From Escherichia phage Snoke, in sequence record MK931441.1: a DNA stretch of 44,454 nt; one strand, written 5' to 3'. This document shows positions 26,214 through 34,731 of the stretch, one piece after another (position 1 is the first letter of the stretch; each line of letters begins with the position of its first letter). The notes under the pieces are model-generated. The model was given only the letters and a program-made list of their open reading frames with translations, ran no database searches and was not told the origin of the DNA. The position numbers and the translations under genes are program-made.

Positions 26214-27634
26214 TTCTTACCTCGTCTCTTCATGTAATTAAGCAACTCTTCCTGGACCGATTTCTTCTCGTCTGTACGCGCGGCAACAACCTCATCCAGC
26301 GTGTCTTTAGCAACGATGTGGTAGAGAAATACCGGTCGTTCGTGGCCCGCCTGTTTTTGTCGGACTGGACCTATACGCTCAACAACCTGCAAATAGTGCT
26401 CAAGGTTCCACCCTTGCGAAATAAACGCCAGATGATGGCCACCGTCCTGTAAATTGAGACCATGCCCGGCTGACGCAGGGTGCACGCATAGGATTTCGAT
26501 TTCACCACGGTTCCACGCTTCCATCTGCTTATTGCCATTCGCGCCTTTGGCGAACGCCTGTGCTTGCGGGAATCGCTTAAGGATGCGCTCCAGTTCGTGC
26601 TTGAACTGATAGGCTACCAGTAGCGTCGCACCCTGTAACTCCTCAACAATGGACTCAAGCGCATCCAGTTTCGTGTCGTGCACTTTCTCCCAGTCTTTGG
26701 TTGCTTCGCCGTCTGGACCAGACACATACACGGCACCGGAGGCGATCTGCAAACACTTTGACGTCTTTGCCGCGGCGTTAGCCGCTTCAACTTCTCCGCT
26801 CTCCAGTTCCGCGAATAGCTTCTCCTCCATATCTATGTACGCCTGACGCGCTTTCTTCGGCAGGTCAATTTCCACCGGCACGATAATCGGCGCTTCACAA
26901 CCGAACCACTCGGCGGCGTCAATCGTCAGGCTAATGTCTTTCATCTTCTGGTGAATTTCATTATCCGCACCAGGGCGTGCATGATACTCACGCGCCATAG
27001 CCGATTTGCCTTTCTGTACCGAGTTAAACCATCGGTCGGTGAATGCCGTGTATGAAGAACCGAGGCGCTCGCCCGCGTCGATAAACCAGTTCTGACCCCA
27101 CAAGTCTTTGAGGCCGTTCGGTGACGGCGTTCCCGTCAGGTTTATAAAACGCTTGACCTTACCGAACGCAACCTTGCTAAGCGCCTTTGCCCGCTTGCTG
27201 CCACCTGAACGACTGCGGAATGATTTCAGTTTCGTGCTCTCATCGGCAACGATAACCGTAAAAGGCCAGTCGTCTTTGCCGTAATAGTCAATAAGCCACT
27301 CGATAACTTCGTAGTTTGTACAGACCACATTAGCGTCTGACTCCAGTGCCGCGATGCGGCGCTTCTCTGAACCTGTCGCATCTACGACGCGCAGACACGG
27401 GAATCGCCATTTCTCTTGTTCTGATGGCCATGTGCCGGACGCAACACGCAGCGGGGCGAGGATTAACACGCGGTCGTCGTCCGTAAGCTGCCCGTTGCGG
27501 AACAGTCGGTTAAGCACCCACATCGTTGCGGAACTTTTGCCGGCGCCCATCGAAGCCCAAATATTACAGCGAGGATGCTGTAGCATGAACGAAGTCATGA
27601 GCTTCTGGTACTCGCGCCTTTGAAACTTACTCAT
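26210..27634 (-). CDS. superfamily 2 helicase (SNF2-like)
   Basis: Walker A GAGKSS, motif II VIVADEST, helicase C-terminal region with QGWNL...GPVRQKQ. Confidence 0.8.
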   Translation of the reverse strand: MSKFQRREYQKLMTSFMLQHPRCNIWASMGAGKSSATMWVLNRLFRNGQLTDDDRVLILAPLRVASGTWPSEQEKWRFPCLRVVDATGSEKRRIAALESDANVVCTNYEVIEWLIDYYGKDDWPFTVIVADESTKLKSFRSRSGGSKRAKALSKVAFGKVKRFINLTGTPSPNGLKDLWGQNWFIDAGERLGSSYTAFTDRWFNSVQKGKSAMAREYHARPGADNEIHQKMKDISLTIDAAEWFGCEAPIIVPVEIDLPKKARQAYIDMEEKLFAELESGEVEAANAAAKTSKCLQIASGAVYVSGPDGEATKDWEKVHDTKLDALESIVEELQGATLLVAYQFKHELERILKRFPQAQAFAKGANGNKQMEAWNRGEIEILCVHPASAGHGLNLQDGGHHLAFISQGWNLEHYLQVVERIGPVRQKQAGHERPVFLYHIVAKDTLDEVVAARTDEKKSVQEELLNYMKRRGKK

Positions 27635-27822
27635 TTTGCCACCAGCACCAGCTCTTTACGCCCGAACGCCGTAACGTTACCGGTTACATCTTCGATAACC
27701 AGTTTACCGTTAGACTCGACGAACACCGTATCAACGGCAACAGGGCGACGGGTCTTAACGTTGAAAATCATATCGCCTGGTACGATGTCACGTGCTGGTT
27801 TGCGGTCATATTCGTGTTTCAT
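27631..27822 (-). CDS. hypothetical protein
   Basis: ORF from track, ATGA-coupled to helicase. Confidence 0.3.
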   Translation of the reverse strand: MKHEYDRKPARDIVPGDMIFNVKTRRPVAVDTVFVESNGKLVIEDVTGNVTAFGRKELVLVAK

Positions 27823-27852
27823 TTCTCAATTCCTTATATTGTTGGTGTAGGG

Positions 27853-28152
27853 CTAACTATAATAGTTCGCTATTAGGTCGTCAACCTGTTTAAACGAACC
27901 AACGACAAAAACATTTGCACCACGTTTACGCATCCGCTCGTGCTCTCGTAGCTGGTGGGGGTCCGGCTTCGTGTTTTCATCTTTCTTAACCTCGACGAAC
28001 CAGATGACGCTGCCGGGGAGGATTACCAGCAGGTCAGGCGCTCCGTTTCTACCCTCATACACTATCTTACGAACGAGGCCGCCAAGGGCCTCGAATTGCT
28101 CTTTTGCGTATTTCTGAATCTTGCCTTCCGGAGTCATGAGCGCAAAACCCAT
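27853..28152 (-). CDS. VRR-NUC domain nuclease
   Basis: GAPDLLVILPGSVIWFVEVKK...Q motif pattern of VRR-NUC PD-(D/E)XK nucleases. Confidence 0.7.
   Translation of the reverse strand: MGFALMTPEGKIQKYAKEQFEALGGLVRKIVYEGRNGAPDLLVILPGSVIWFVEVKKDENTKPDPHQLREHERMRKRGANVFVVGSFKQVDDLIANYYS
27856..27884 (-). promoter_or_regulatory. sigma70 promoter (class I: TTGACG-17-TATAGT)
   Basis: Minus-strand TTGACG, 17-bp spacer acctaatagcgaactat, TATAGT; contains AATAG-N4-CTATT inverted repeat. Confidence 0.55.
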
Positions 28153-28286
28153 GCAAGGAAAGCCCCACCAACAACGGCAGCACCAACAAACTTAAAGAAC
28201 AGGTCATAATAGAACATCGAAGCTATTCCCGCACTGAGTAACAGTGCGAGCATGGTTACTATCGTCCAAAATACAAACATTGTCAT
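28134..28286 (-). CDS. small hydrophobic protein (hypothetical)
   Basis: 50-aa ORF below track threshold, predicted transmembrane. Confidence 0.25.
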   Translation of the reverse strand: MTMFVFWTIVTMLALLLSAGIASMFYYDLFFKFVGAAVVGGAFLAWVLRS

Positions 28287-28368
28287 AATACACACCCCTC
28301 ACGTTTCGTATGCTCAATTCCGCAGCGCGGACAGATTCGACAATCTTCTTCATATAACCGGTATATTT

Positions 28369-28500
28369 TCATTCCGGCACCCACAGATAAATTGCGATTA
28401 ACATACCCAATACGGCAACCATCATGCCGTACTGTCCCTCGTGACAGTAACCACCGGCGGCGAATCCAGCCAGTACCGCGATAATCAGTTTACTTAGCAT
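28369..28500 (-). CDS. small hydrophobic protein (hypothetical)
   Basis: 43-aa ORF below track threshold, predicted transmembrane, downstream of polymerase gene. Confidence 0.25.
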   Translation of the reverse strand: MLSKLIIAVLAGFAAGGYCHEGQYGMMVAVLGMLIAIYLWVPE

Positions 28501-30661
28501 AGCGCTTCATCTCCGCACCTTCTGCAACCAAAGGGAATCCCTCCGCCCAGTCAGGCAATTCACACATCAACCTCTCAAGCTCTGCAACATTGTATTCAGG
28601 CGAATCTGGCGTCTCGCAGATAATCTCATCGTGTACATGAAGCACAATCGGGTAGCCGTTTGCTTCAACTTTAAGTAGCGCGTTAGCCAGCAAATCACGG
28701 CACAACGCCTGCGTACAGTTTTCCACCAGTTTGCCTGAGTACGTGTACTGGAATCCCCACTGACGCGTTAACTGGTTCTCCCCCTGGTACTTGATGCGCA
28801 CGTTAGTAGAAACTTTTCCGTCTTCGTCTGTCTCTTTCGACACGCTTAAACCGACGCCAGGGTAGGACATAACACGTCCCGACGGCAACGTCATGCGCAA
28901 CCACCAACCCGCTACCTTGTTGCCGTTGTTGTCTGTTTCTACGTTGCGGGAAAACTTAACTCCGCGCGGGCCAGCGGAGAACTCTTTCCCCGGATTACGT
29001 ATAGCTGCCATAGCTGCGTCTTCAATATCGCGCCAGAATTGTACTATCGCCGGGTTGGCTTCCCGGTACATTCGTTTCAGAGCGTCACATGTACGCCAGA
29101 CTTTCTTATCAAGGATATATGATGGTCGGTCATCCTTTTCACCCGGACGCGGAGGACGTTTAGCTTCCTGAATACGTGCCCACTCGTAACCACGTGCCGT
29201 AGCGGCCCATATATGGTCAGGGAAAGTTCCAGCTAAAATGTTAGTCATGTCGTTCAAATCAAGCCCTAAGTTTTTAGCAAACGTGACGAAAGCGCCCACA
29301 CCCCCCGCGTAGCCCAGTCCGAGAACCATTGCTTTGGCTATTTGTCTTTGGTCTTTTGTTACGTCGTCATAACTAACATTGAACACGGTTGATGCGAGTT
29401 TCTTGTACACATCAACTCCGTTTACAAATACTTCTATTAAATCGTCTTCACCCGCCAGCCAGGCCAGCCCACGACCTTCAACGTTAGAGTAATCGGCAAC
29501 AACAAACTTGTGTCCGGCTTCCGGGATGATGCAGCTACGCACCGTCGATGCCGTCAGCTTGGCGACATCAAAGCGGCGATGTGCACGTCCTTTCAGTAGC
29601 GCAGAAATACCTTTATCCAGTTCATCGTCATGATAGTACCCGCGGGCCAGGTTCTGTGGCTGGAAGCCTTTGCCAGCGAATCGTAGCGTACGCTTAGCCC
29701 CGCCGTACTGGATACAACCACGGCGGCGGTCGTCTGACGAGCGGCCTAGCAACAGCGGGTTATATTTCGTTGACGCAGTTGACGCGGCCCCGAGGCGCAT
29801 TTCGATAATCATGCGTGCATCGTCGGGTAAATCCTCGTCAGCCAGCAGGTCGTTAAGAGTAGACTTCTGTGCGTTATGGATGCGATGCGCAGGGGCCAGT
29901 TCACGCAGAATCGGCAGGAAGTCTTTACCGGTAAGCGAGCCGCCGTATTTGCGCTGGGCTTCTTCCTGCAACTGCGCCTTGTGCTTCTCTACGGCTTCAA
30001 TCGCTGCTTCCGCCAGCGCAACATCAACCTTGAACCCACGGTCATTGATTAACTGGTCCAGTTCCAGTACACGGTCTTCGAACTCAGAGTTACCCCACCG
30101 CGGCAGCTTATGGAAGACTTCACGCATCGCGGTGATGTCGCTCACGGCGTACTTGATGAACAGCGCCCACTCGTCCAGGTGCGTTTCGGCGGTGTAGCGG
30201 CGGATTTTGTAGTTCTTCGGCGTAGGTTTAGAGAAACGCTGAATCAGCGCCTTGCCGCGTTTATCTTTCGCGTTGTCTGCCGATACACCCAGCACTTCGC
30301 ACAACGCATCAAGTGAACCCGGCAGCGCGTGGCGAAACGCCCAAATCATCGTATCAATGGTGTTGCTTACAGGAATATCAAAACCCCAGCAGTGTTTCAT
30401 GATGAGCCTGTCGAACATTGAGCCGTTGTGCCACACCATCTTGATACGGCTGTTCGGCTTAACCAGGCGGCGTAAGGCGCGGTGCAAATCCCCCGGCATG
30501 TCGCTGCCGTCGGTGCAATCCCATACCTGCACAGGCTCGTCATCAAAAGCATAGGTACAGATTAGCACTTCGGTAGTTGGATGTTCGGCGTAAGAGTAAG
30601 AACCGACTTTCTTTAAATCGGCCTCGGAGAATGTTTCAAAGTCCAGGTATAAGTAGCTCAT
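28490..30661 (-). CDS. DNA polymerase, family A (Pol I-like) with 3'-5' exonuclease domain
   Basis: Exo motif LDFETFS; polymerase motif A DYSNVEGR, motif B RQIAKAMVLGLGYAGG, motif C HVHDEI; start taken at ATG with SD AAGGA (track start 30715). Confidence 0.9.
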   Translation of the reverse strand: MSYLYLDFETFSEADLKKVGSYSYAEHPTTEVLICTYAFDDEPVQVWDCTDGSDMPGDLHRALRRLVKPNSRIKMVWHNGSMFDRLIMKHCWGFDIPVSNTIDTMIWAFRHALPGSLDALCEVLGVSADNAKDKRGKALIQRFSKPTPKNYKIRRYTAETHLDEWALFIKYAVSDITAMREVFHKLPRWGNSEFEDRVLELDQLINDRGFKVDVALAEAAIEAVEKHKAQLQEEAQRKYGGSLTGKDFLPILRELAPAHRIHNAQKSTLNDLLADEDLPDDARMIIEMRLGAASTASTKYNPLLLGRSSDDRRRGCIQYGGAKRTLRFAGKGFQPQNLARGYYHDDELDKGISALLKGRAHRRFDVAKLTASTVRSCIIPEAGHKFVVADYSNVEGRGLAWLAGEDDLIEVFVNGVDVYKKLASTVFNVSYDDVTKDQRQIAKAMVLGLGYAGGVGAFVTFAKNLGLDLNDMTNILAGTFPDHIWAATARGYEWARIQEAKRPPRPGEKDDRPSYILDKKVWRTCDALKRMYREANPAIVQFWRDIEDAAMAAIRNPGKEFSAGPRGVKFSRNVETDNNGNKVAGWWLRMTLPSGRVMSYPGVGLSVSKETDEDGKVSTNVRIKYQGENQLTRQWGFQYTYSGKLVENCTQALCRDLLANALLKVEANGYPIVLHVHDEIICETPDSPEYNVAELERLMCELPDWAEGFPLVAEGAEMKRYAK

Positions 30662-30828
30662 TTCTTTTTCCTTAAATCCAGTGCCTTCGTTTCGCTTAAT
30701 CTTATTTTCATACAATCACAGCAAATCCACACATGCCTGTACCCGGCCCGGTACTCATCTGCATACCACGGAAGCGGTTTCATATAGCGATAAACGTGCT
30801 TACAGAAAAACATTATTTTCGACCCTTA

Positions 30829-30853
30829 GTAAAAAGGCCCAATGAAGGGCCTT
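30829..30853 (-). terminator. intrinsic terminator/attenuator on minus strand
   Basis: Hairpin AGGCCC-N6-GGGCCT followed by T-run on minus strand, between DUF2815-like gene and polymerase. Confidence 0.5.
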
Positions 30854-30872
30854 AGTTAAATTGATTCAGATA

Positions 30873-31499
30873 TTAGCGGCGACGACGTTCGCGGCGCGGT
30901 GCTTCATCTTCTTCGTCGTCTTCCAGGTCAGTAACACTTGCAGAGACTTTAGAACCGCCAAACGCTTTACCTTCGCCGGCGTATTTAATCGCCAGCAGGT
31001 TAACGCCGAGGACTTTATATTTCTGGCTGAACCAGATTTCAACGCTTACGTTAGCGACGCAGCCGCTGTAAACCTGTTCACCTTCAATCTGTTCGCCTTC
31101 GACGTTGAAGTCAGGCTCTACCTGAGTTTCACCTTTTTTAGAGGTTACAATCAGAGGTTGTTTCTGTGCCTTCGCTTTGAAGTAGAAGCCTTCCGGGAAG
31201 TCTTCAAAAGGATTATCACGCTCGGCGATGTCCTTAATAGCACATTTATCCATGTGCTTGCCTTCGCCGTAGTTTGACTTCATCCACTTCTCGGCAGCAG
31301 CGGCCCCCAGTGCTTCCTCTACAACCGCATAAACAGTGTCGTACATTTCGTCGATTTGCGCATGGTCAGACGGCAGAATGATAGTCGCGCTGTACTGACC
31401 TTTAGTGATAGAGCCATCGTCGTTTTCACGGTCTTTTTCGCGTTCGAATACGTTAACCCATGCAGTGTTTACTTTACGCAGATTTAATTTCAGTCCCAT
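30873..31499 (-). CDS. DUF2815-like protein, possible ssDNA-binding protein
   Basis: 208 aa with acidic C-terminal tail DLEDDEEDEA; paired with Cas4-like nuclease gene as in known phage replication modules. Confidence 0.45.
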   Translation of the reverse strand: MGLKLNLRKVNTAWVNVFEREKDRENDDGSITKGQYSATIILPSDHAQIDEMYDTVYAVVEEALGAAAAEKWMKSNYGEGKHMDKCAIKDIAERDNPFEDFPEGFYFKAKAQKQPLIVTSKKGETQVEPDFNVEGEQIEGEQVYSGCVANVSVEIWFSQKYKVLGVNLLAIKYAGEGKAFGGSKVSASVTDLEDDEEDEAPRRERRRR

Positions 31500-31557
31500 T
31501 TGATTTCTCGCTTTTAAGTTTCGTTTACTCCGGGAAGCTGCCCGGCCAGTGATTAGA

Positions 31558-31586
31558 ACTATAATAGCTAACTATTCAGGTGTCAA
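31558..31586 (-). promoter_or_regulatory. sigma70 promoter (class I: TTGACA-17-TATAGT)
   Basis: Minus-strand TTGACA, spacer cctgaatagttagctat, TATAGT; contains AATAG-N4-CTATT. Confidence 0.6.
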
Positions 31587-31590
31587 CACT

Positions 31591-32835
31591 TTATTCTAAA
31601 TCTTCTTCACTAACCTGATTCCACTCAGGCCGTTTGTCGTCTGCCGTTGCTACACATGGTGCACCTGGCTTACGTGTGATGAAGTCTTTCAGTTCTTCTT
31701 CCGGTATAACTTTAACCGCTTCGGTCGGCGTCATGAGAACGACTTTGTTCAGCATAGTGCCGTATTTCTCAGCCACCTTATCAGCGTCTTTCCACGCACG
31801 ATTACCCGGACGACCCTCGACCAGCTTGTAACCCGGCACTTTCTTGCCAGAATGCAACGCGGCAGCCATAGCTTTCTCAACCTTGTCGATGTGCTGGCGC
31901 AACAACGGCAGCTTCTCATACTCGGCGACGAGTTGCTCGGGTGTCAGTTCCAGCGCAAAGTCGTCCTCCAGTTCTTCCACCAGTACAGAATTAACAGTCT
32001 TCGTCCTGGCGACGCACTGTTCCGAGAACCGGCACCACTGGCAACCATCGACTGACGGCTTAAAGTCGGACGCTTTCAGGTTCTTCTTACCACGGAAGTA
32101 CGCATCGAGTGCTAACAGCGCGCGTTTATGTGCGAACTTAGCGAACAGTTCCAGGCCTTCAACCGAGATATCCCACTCCGACGCACCGCCAGCATACGGC
32201 TGGAAGATGACCAGACGAACAGTTGTTATGTTATATCGTCTCTTTAGTCGGCGATAAACACCGAGAGCGTAAAGCATAAGCTGCTTGTTTTCTTTCGCTT
32301 CGACACGATGCCGTCCGGTTTTCAGGTCACCAATAATGAGCATGTGCTCGTCGGTGTTCGCCAGTTCCTGCACGGCAACAAGGTCAGCGGTCCCGAACGT
32401 CTCAACGCCTTCATATCCCGGATGCAGCACCTCTGTAAGATTGACGCGCATTTCCAGCTTGGCGTAAGTCGCTACGTCGATAATCGGTTTGCAGTAGTCG
32501 GTGTACTTACGCACCTGCTCAATCATGTCCGCCGTAATAAGTACCGCACCTTTCATAGGGCTGATTAACGCCTTAATCTGGCCTTTGCCTTCATCCAGCA
32601 CGTAAGCCCCGACTTCACGCTCTAACGGCAACGCAGTGCCTTTGATGTACTGGTTAAGGTGAATCTCAGCTATGGTGTGCATGGCTGTGCCCAATACGGC
32701 GGCTTTACCTGACGTATTTGGAATGTCTTTTTCACATGCCAGTGATGCACTGCACGTCAGCCACTTCTTAGCGCCTGACGGCGACAACAGGGCGTGCACA
32801 TCGTTATTGCCGCCGCGTTCTTTTAGTTTCATCAT
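31591..32835 (-). CDS. PD-(D/E)XK exonuclease, Cas4/RecB-like (DUF2800-like)
   Basis: D-x-K motif IGDLKTG, Cys cluster CQWCRFSEQC at C-terminus plus N-terminal Cys. Confidence 0.75.
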   Translation of the reverse strand: MMKLKERGGNNDVHALLSPSGAKKWLTCSASLACEKDIPNTSGKAAVLGTAMHTIAEIHLNQYIKGTALPLEREVGAYVLDEGKGQIKALISPMKGAVLITADMIEQVRKYTDYCKPIIDVATYAKLEMRVNLTEVLHPGYEGVETFGTADLVAVQELANTDEHMLIIGDLKTGRHRVEAKENKQLMLYALGVYRRLKRRYNITTVRLVIFQPYAGGASEWDISVEGLELFAKFAHKRALLALDAYFRGKKNLKASDFKPSVDGCQWCRFSEQCVARTKTVNSVLVEELEDDFALELTPEQLVAEYEKLPLLRQHIDKVEKAMAAALHSGKKVPGYKLVEGRPGNRAWKDADKVAEKYGTMLNKVVLMTPTEAVKVIPEEELKDFITRKPGAPCVATADDKRPEWNQVSEEDLE

Positions 32836-33089
32836 TTGGACTCCACCGGTAACTCAGGTAAATACATCCAGTGTGTTATACCCATCTCTATATACCGTTT
32901 CGTGTATAACTGTTTTCCGTTTTCATCCAGACCGGCGGTGATATCGTCGAAGTAATCCTGGATGTGAACAAAATCAATTCCACCTTCAGGGAAGCCGTTG
33001 TCATCATATTTACTTCCGTCTACGGAGCAAACCAAAACAGCATCATCTTTTGATTCCGGTAACGCATCATTTACGCTAACCCAATTCAT
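32832..33089 (-). CDS. DUF551-like phage protein
   Basis: N-terminal WVSVNDALPE and C-terminal THWMYLPELP resemble DUF551 signature. Confidence 0.45.
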   Translation of the reverse strand: MNWVSVNDALPESKDDAVLVCSVDGSKYDDNGFPEGGIDFVHIQDYFDDITAGLDENGKQLYTKRYIEMGITHWMYLPELPVESK

Positions 33090-33358
33090 ACCCTAACCTC
33101 CCACTGGTCGATTAAATGTCGTGTCTTATGGTCGCAGTGCATAGCCCATCCATACATCGACTCGAAGACATAAAAGTCACTTTTAACAAAAGTCGTGCGC
33201 TTAATCTGCGACATGTGACAGCCTATATCTTTAGGCCGTGGTACTTTGCCTAAGTACGCCATCTCTTCCATCTTGTGTGCGCCGGACGGAGCGCGCAACA
33301 GCCATAGCGCCTCTGCGTTATCCCGCCGGTCAACGGCGCGGTAGAGTTGGTAAATCAT
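33086..33358 (-). CDS. hypothetical protein
   Basis: ORF from track. Confidence 0.3.
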   Translation of the reverse strand: MIYQLYRAVDRRDNAEALWLLRAPSGAHKMEEMAYLGKVPRPKDIGCHMSQIKRTTFVKSDFYVFESMYGWAMHCDHKTRHLIDQWEVRV

Positions 33359-33401
33359 AATTACGACCCTCAGTTAAAGCGGCCCGAAGGCCGCGAGATA
33401 G

Positions 33402-33899
33402 TTATTCTTCTTCGAAATACTTGTTCTTGATTGCCGTCAGGCGTTCCAGGTATTCGGCCAGGTCTTCGTCTTTAATCGCGGCAATCTTCATCTTCTTGCC
33501 GGTGAACTCTTCTAGCAGTTCATCCGAATCATCGCACGCGGCATCGCTCGGGCCTTCGTTAATTGCATCGTCGATAGCCTGAATCTGGTCGCGCAGAGAC
33601 TGGTAATCGACTTCTTCCTTCTCTTCCGTCTCTGGCGTCGATTCCTCTACTTTAGCTTTACGCGGCTTACGTTTCGGCTTCTCTTCTTCCGCCGGTTTAG
33701 TGTCAACCAGGTCTTCACCTTCGACCGGGATTTCTTTTGTTTCTTCTTTAATACTTTCAGAGAACTGCTCAATTTTATGCGCGGCTACTGCGGCGGCCTC
33801 TTTGGCAGTAGTTGGCGCGAACTGTTTTGCACTGTTCGCAGCAATCAGTTCATGGGCAACTACGAAACGCTCCAGTAATTTCAGAAATTGTTCTAACAT
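33402..33899 (-). CDS. hypothetical acidic protein
   Basis: E/K/D-rich 165-aa protein with SD AGGAGAG. Confidence 0.35.
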   Translation of the reverse strand: MLEQFLKLLERFVVAHELIAANSAKQFAPTTAKEAAAVAAHKIEQFSESIKEETKEIPVEGEDLVDTKPAEEEKPKRKPRKAKVEESTPETEEKEEVDYQSLRDQIQAIDDAINEGPSDAACDDSDELLEEFTGKKMKIAAIKDEDLAEYLERLTAIKNKYFEEE

Positions 33900-33914
33900 T
33901 TGTTTCTCTCCTGT

Positions 33915-34064
33915 TTATTTATACTTAACGGTTTTGACTAACTGGCCTGTTGCTTTGTCGAAGAAGCCAACACGATTGTTGCTTACGCTATATCGTGCGG
34001 TTTCTTTAGTTACAAATGCGATATCAAGGCCTAACAGAATCTTTGCTTTGCGGTTGTTAACCAT
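33915..34064 (-). CDS. small protein (hypothetical)
   Basis: 49-aa ORF below track threshold with strong SD GAGGAG, first gene after early promoter. Confidence 0.3.
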   Translation of the reverse strand: MVNNRKAKILLGLDIAFVTKETARYSVSNNRVGFFDKATGQLVKTVKYK

Positions 34065-34094
34065 TGTGTCTCTCCTCTCGTTTGGTATGGGCTA

Positions 34095-34123
34095 ACTATA
34101 ATAGCGAACTATTCACTTGTCAA
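34095..34123 (-). promoter_or_regulatory. sigma70 promoter (class I: TTGACA-17-TATAGT) with embedded inverted repeat
   Basis: Minus-strand TTGACA, spacer agtgaatagttcgctat, TATAGT; AATAG-CGAA-CTATT at 34100-34113. Confidence 0.6.
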
Positions 34124-34187
34124 TGGGCTTTTCTAAAATAATTAATATGGTACTATTCACGCATCAACTAACTAAGGAGTAACTGAC

Positions 34188-34403
34188 ATGCAACCATCTG
34201 AACTAGGCATCCGTGTAGAACAACGCCGTAAAGAACTCGGCATCTCCCAGCGCCGTCTGGCTGTCCTGACTGGCGTTTCCCAGGGCGCGATTAACCAACT
34301 GGCACTTGGGGTAACTCAGGACGTCCGCCCGGCGACGCTGTTTAAACTGGCGGAAGTGCTGGAGGTAGACGCCAAGTGGCTGGCGTTAGGTGAAGGGGCT
34401 TAA
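34188..34403 (+). CDS. XRE-family HTH transcriptional regulator (Cro/CI-like)
   Basis: QRRKELGISQRRLAVLTGVSQGAINQLALG helix-turn-helix; SD AAGGAG; divergent from early promoter. Confidence 0.8.
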   Translation: MQPSELGIRVEQRRKELGISQRRLAVLTGVSQGAINQLALGVTQDVRPATLFKLAEVLEVDAKWLALGEGA

Positions 34404-34434
34404 TGCCCCTTTCTTTTTATAGCAACTTATCGAG

Positions 34435-34731
34435 CTATTCCAAATTCTTAATCGTGTGTTGCACGTTCAGGTACTGAATCCACGCAAAAAGCCATACGCT
34501 TAACGGAAAACTAACCACAGCTGCCGTTCTGAAAACAATGTGGACGGTACACGCTACAATTTCCTTTACCGTCATATCCAGAACGTGGCGCAATTCTGCA
34601 ACTTCCTCTAACGCTAGCTTGCAAGCAGGCCACCATTGGTGTGCTACACAAGAAACACATGTCAGGTACGACGGGCGGTATCCAGCCCTCACTGCTTTAA
34701 ACGGGTTATCTATAAAATCGTAGATATTCAT
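34435..34731 (-). CDS. hypothetical protein
   Basis: ORF from track; Cys-rich N-terminus, hydrophobic C-terminus. Confidence 0.3.
   Translation of the reverse strand: MNIYDFIDNPFKAVRAGYRPSYLTCVSCVAHQWWPACKLALEEVAELRHVLDMTVKEIVACTVHIVFRTAAVVSFPLSVWLFAWIQYLNVQHTIKNLE

Noticed and set aside
29670-30197. 175-aa plus-strand ORF inside the DNA polymerase gene
   Set aside because: Antisense to the polymerase, whose motifs A, B and C are intact on the minus strand; no SD.
34117-34160. Plus-strand sigma70 promoter for the XRE regulator gene
   Set aside because: A TACTAT -10 candidate exists at about 34152-34157, but no acceptable -35 at 16-18 bp spacing; left unannotated as a promoter and mentioned only as a possible regulated site.
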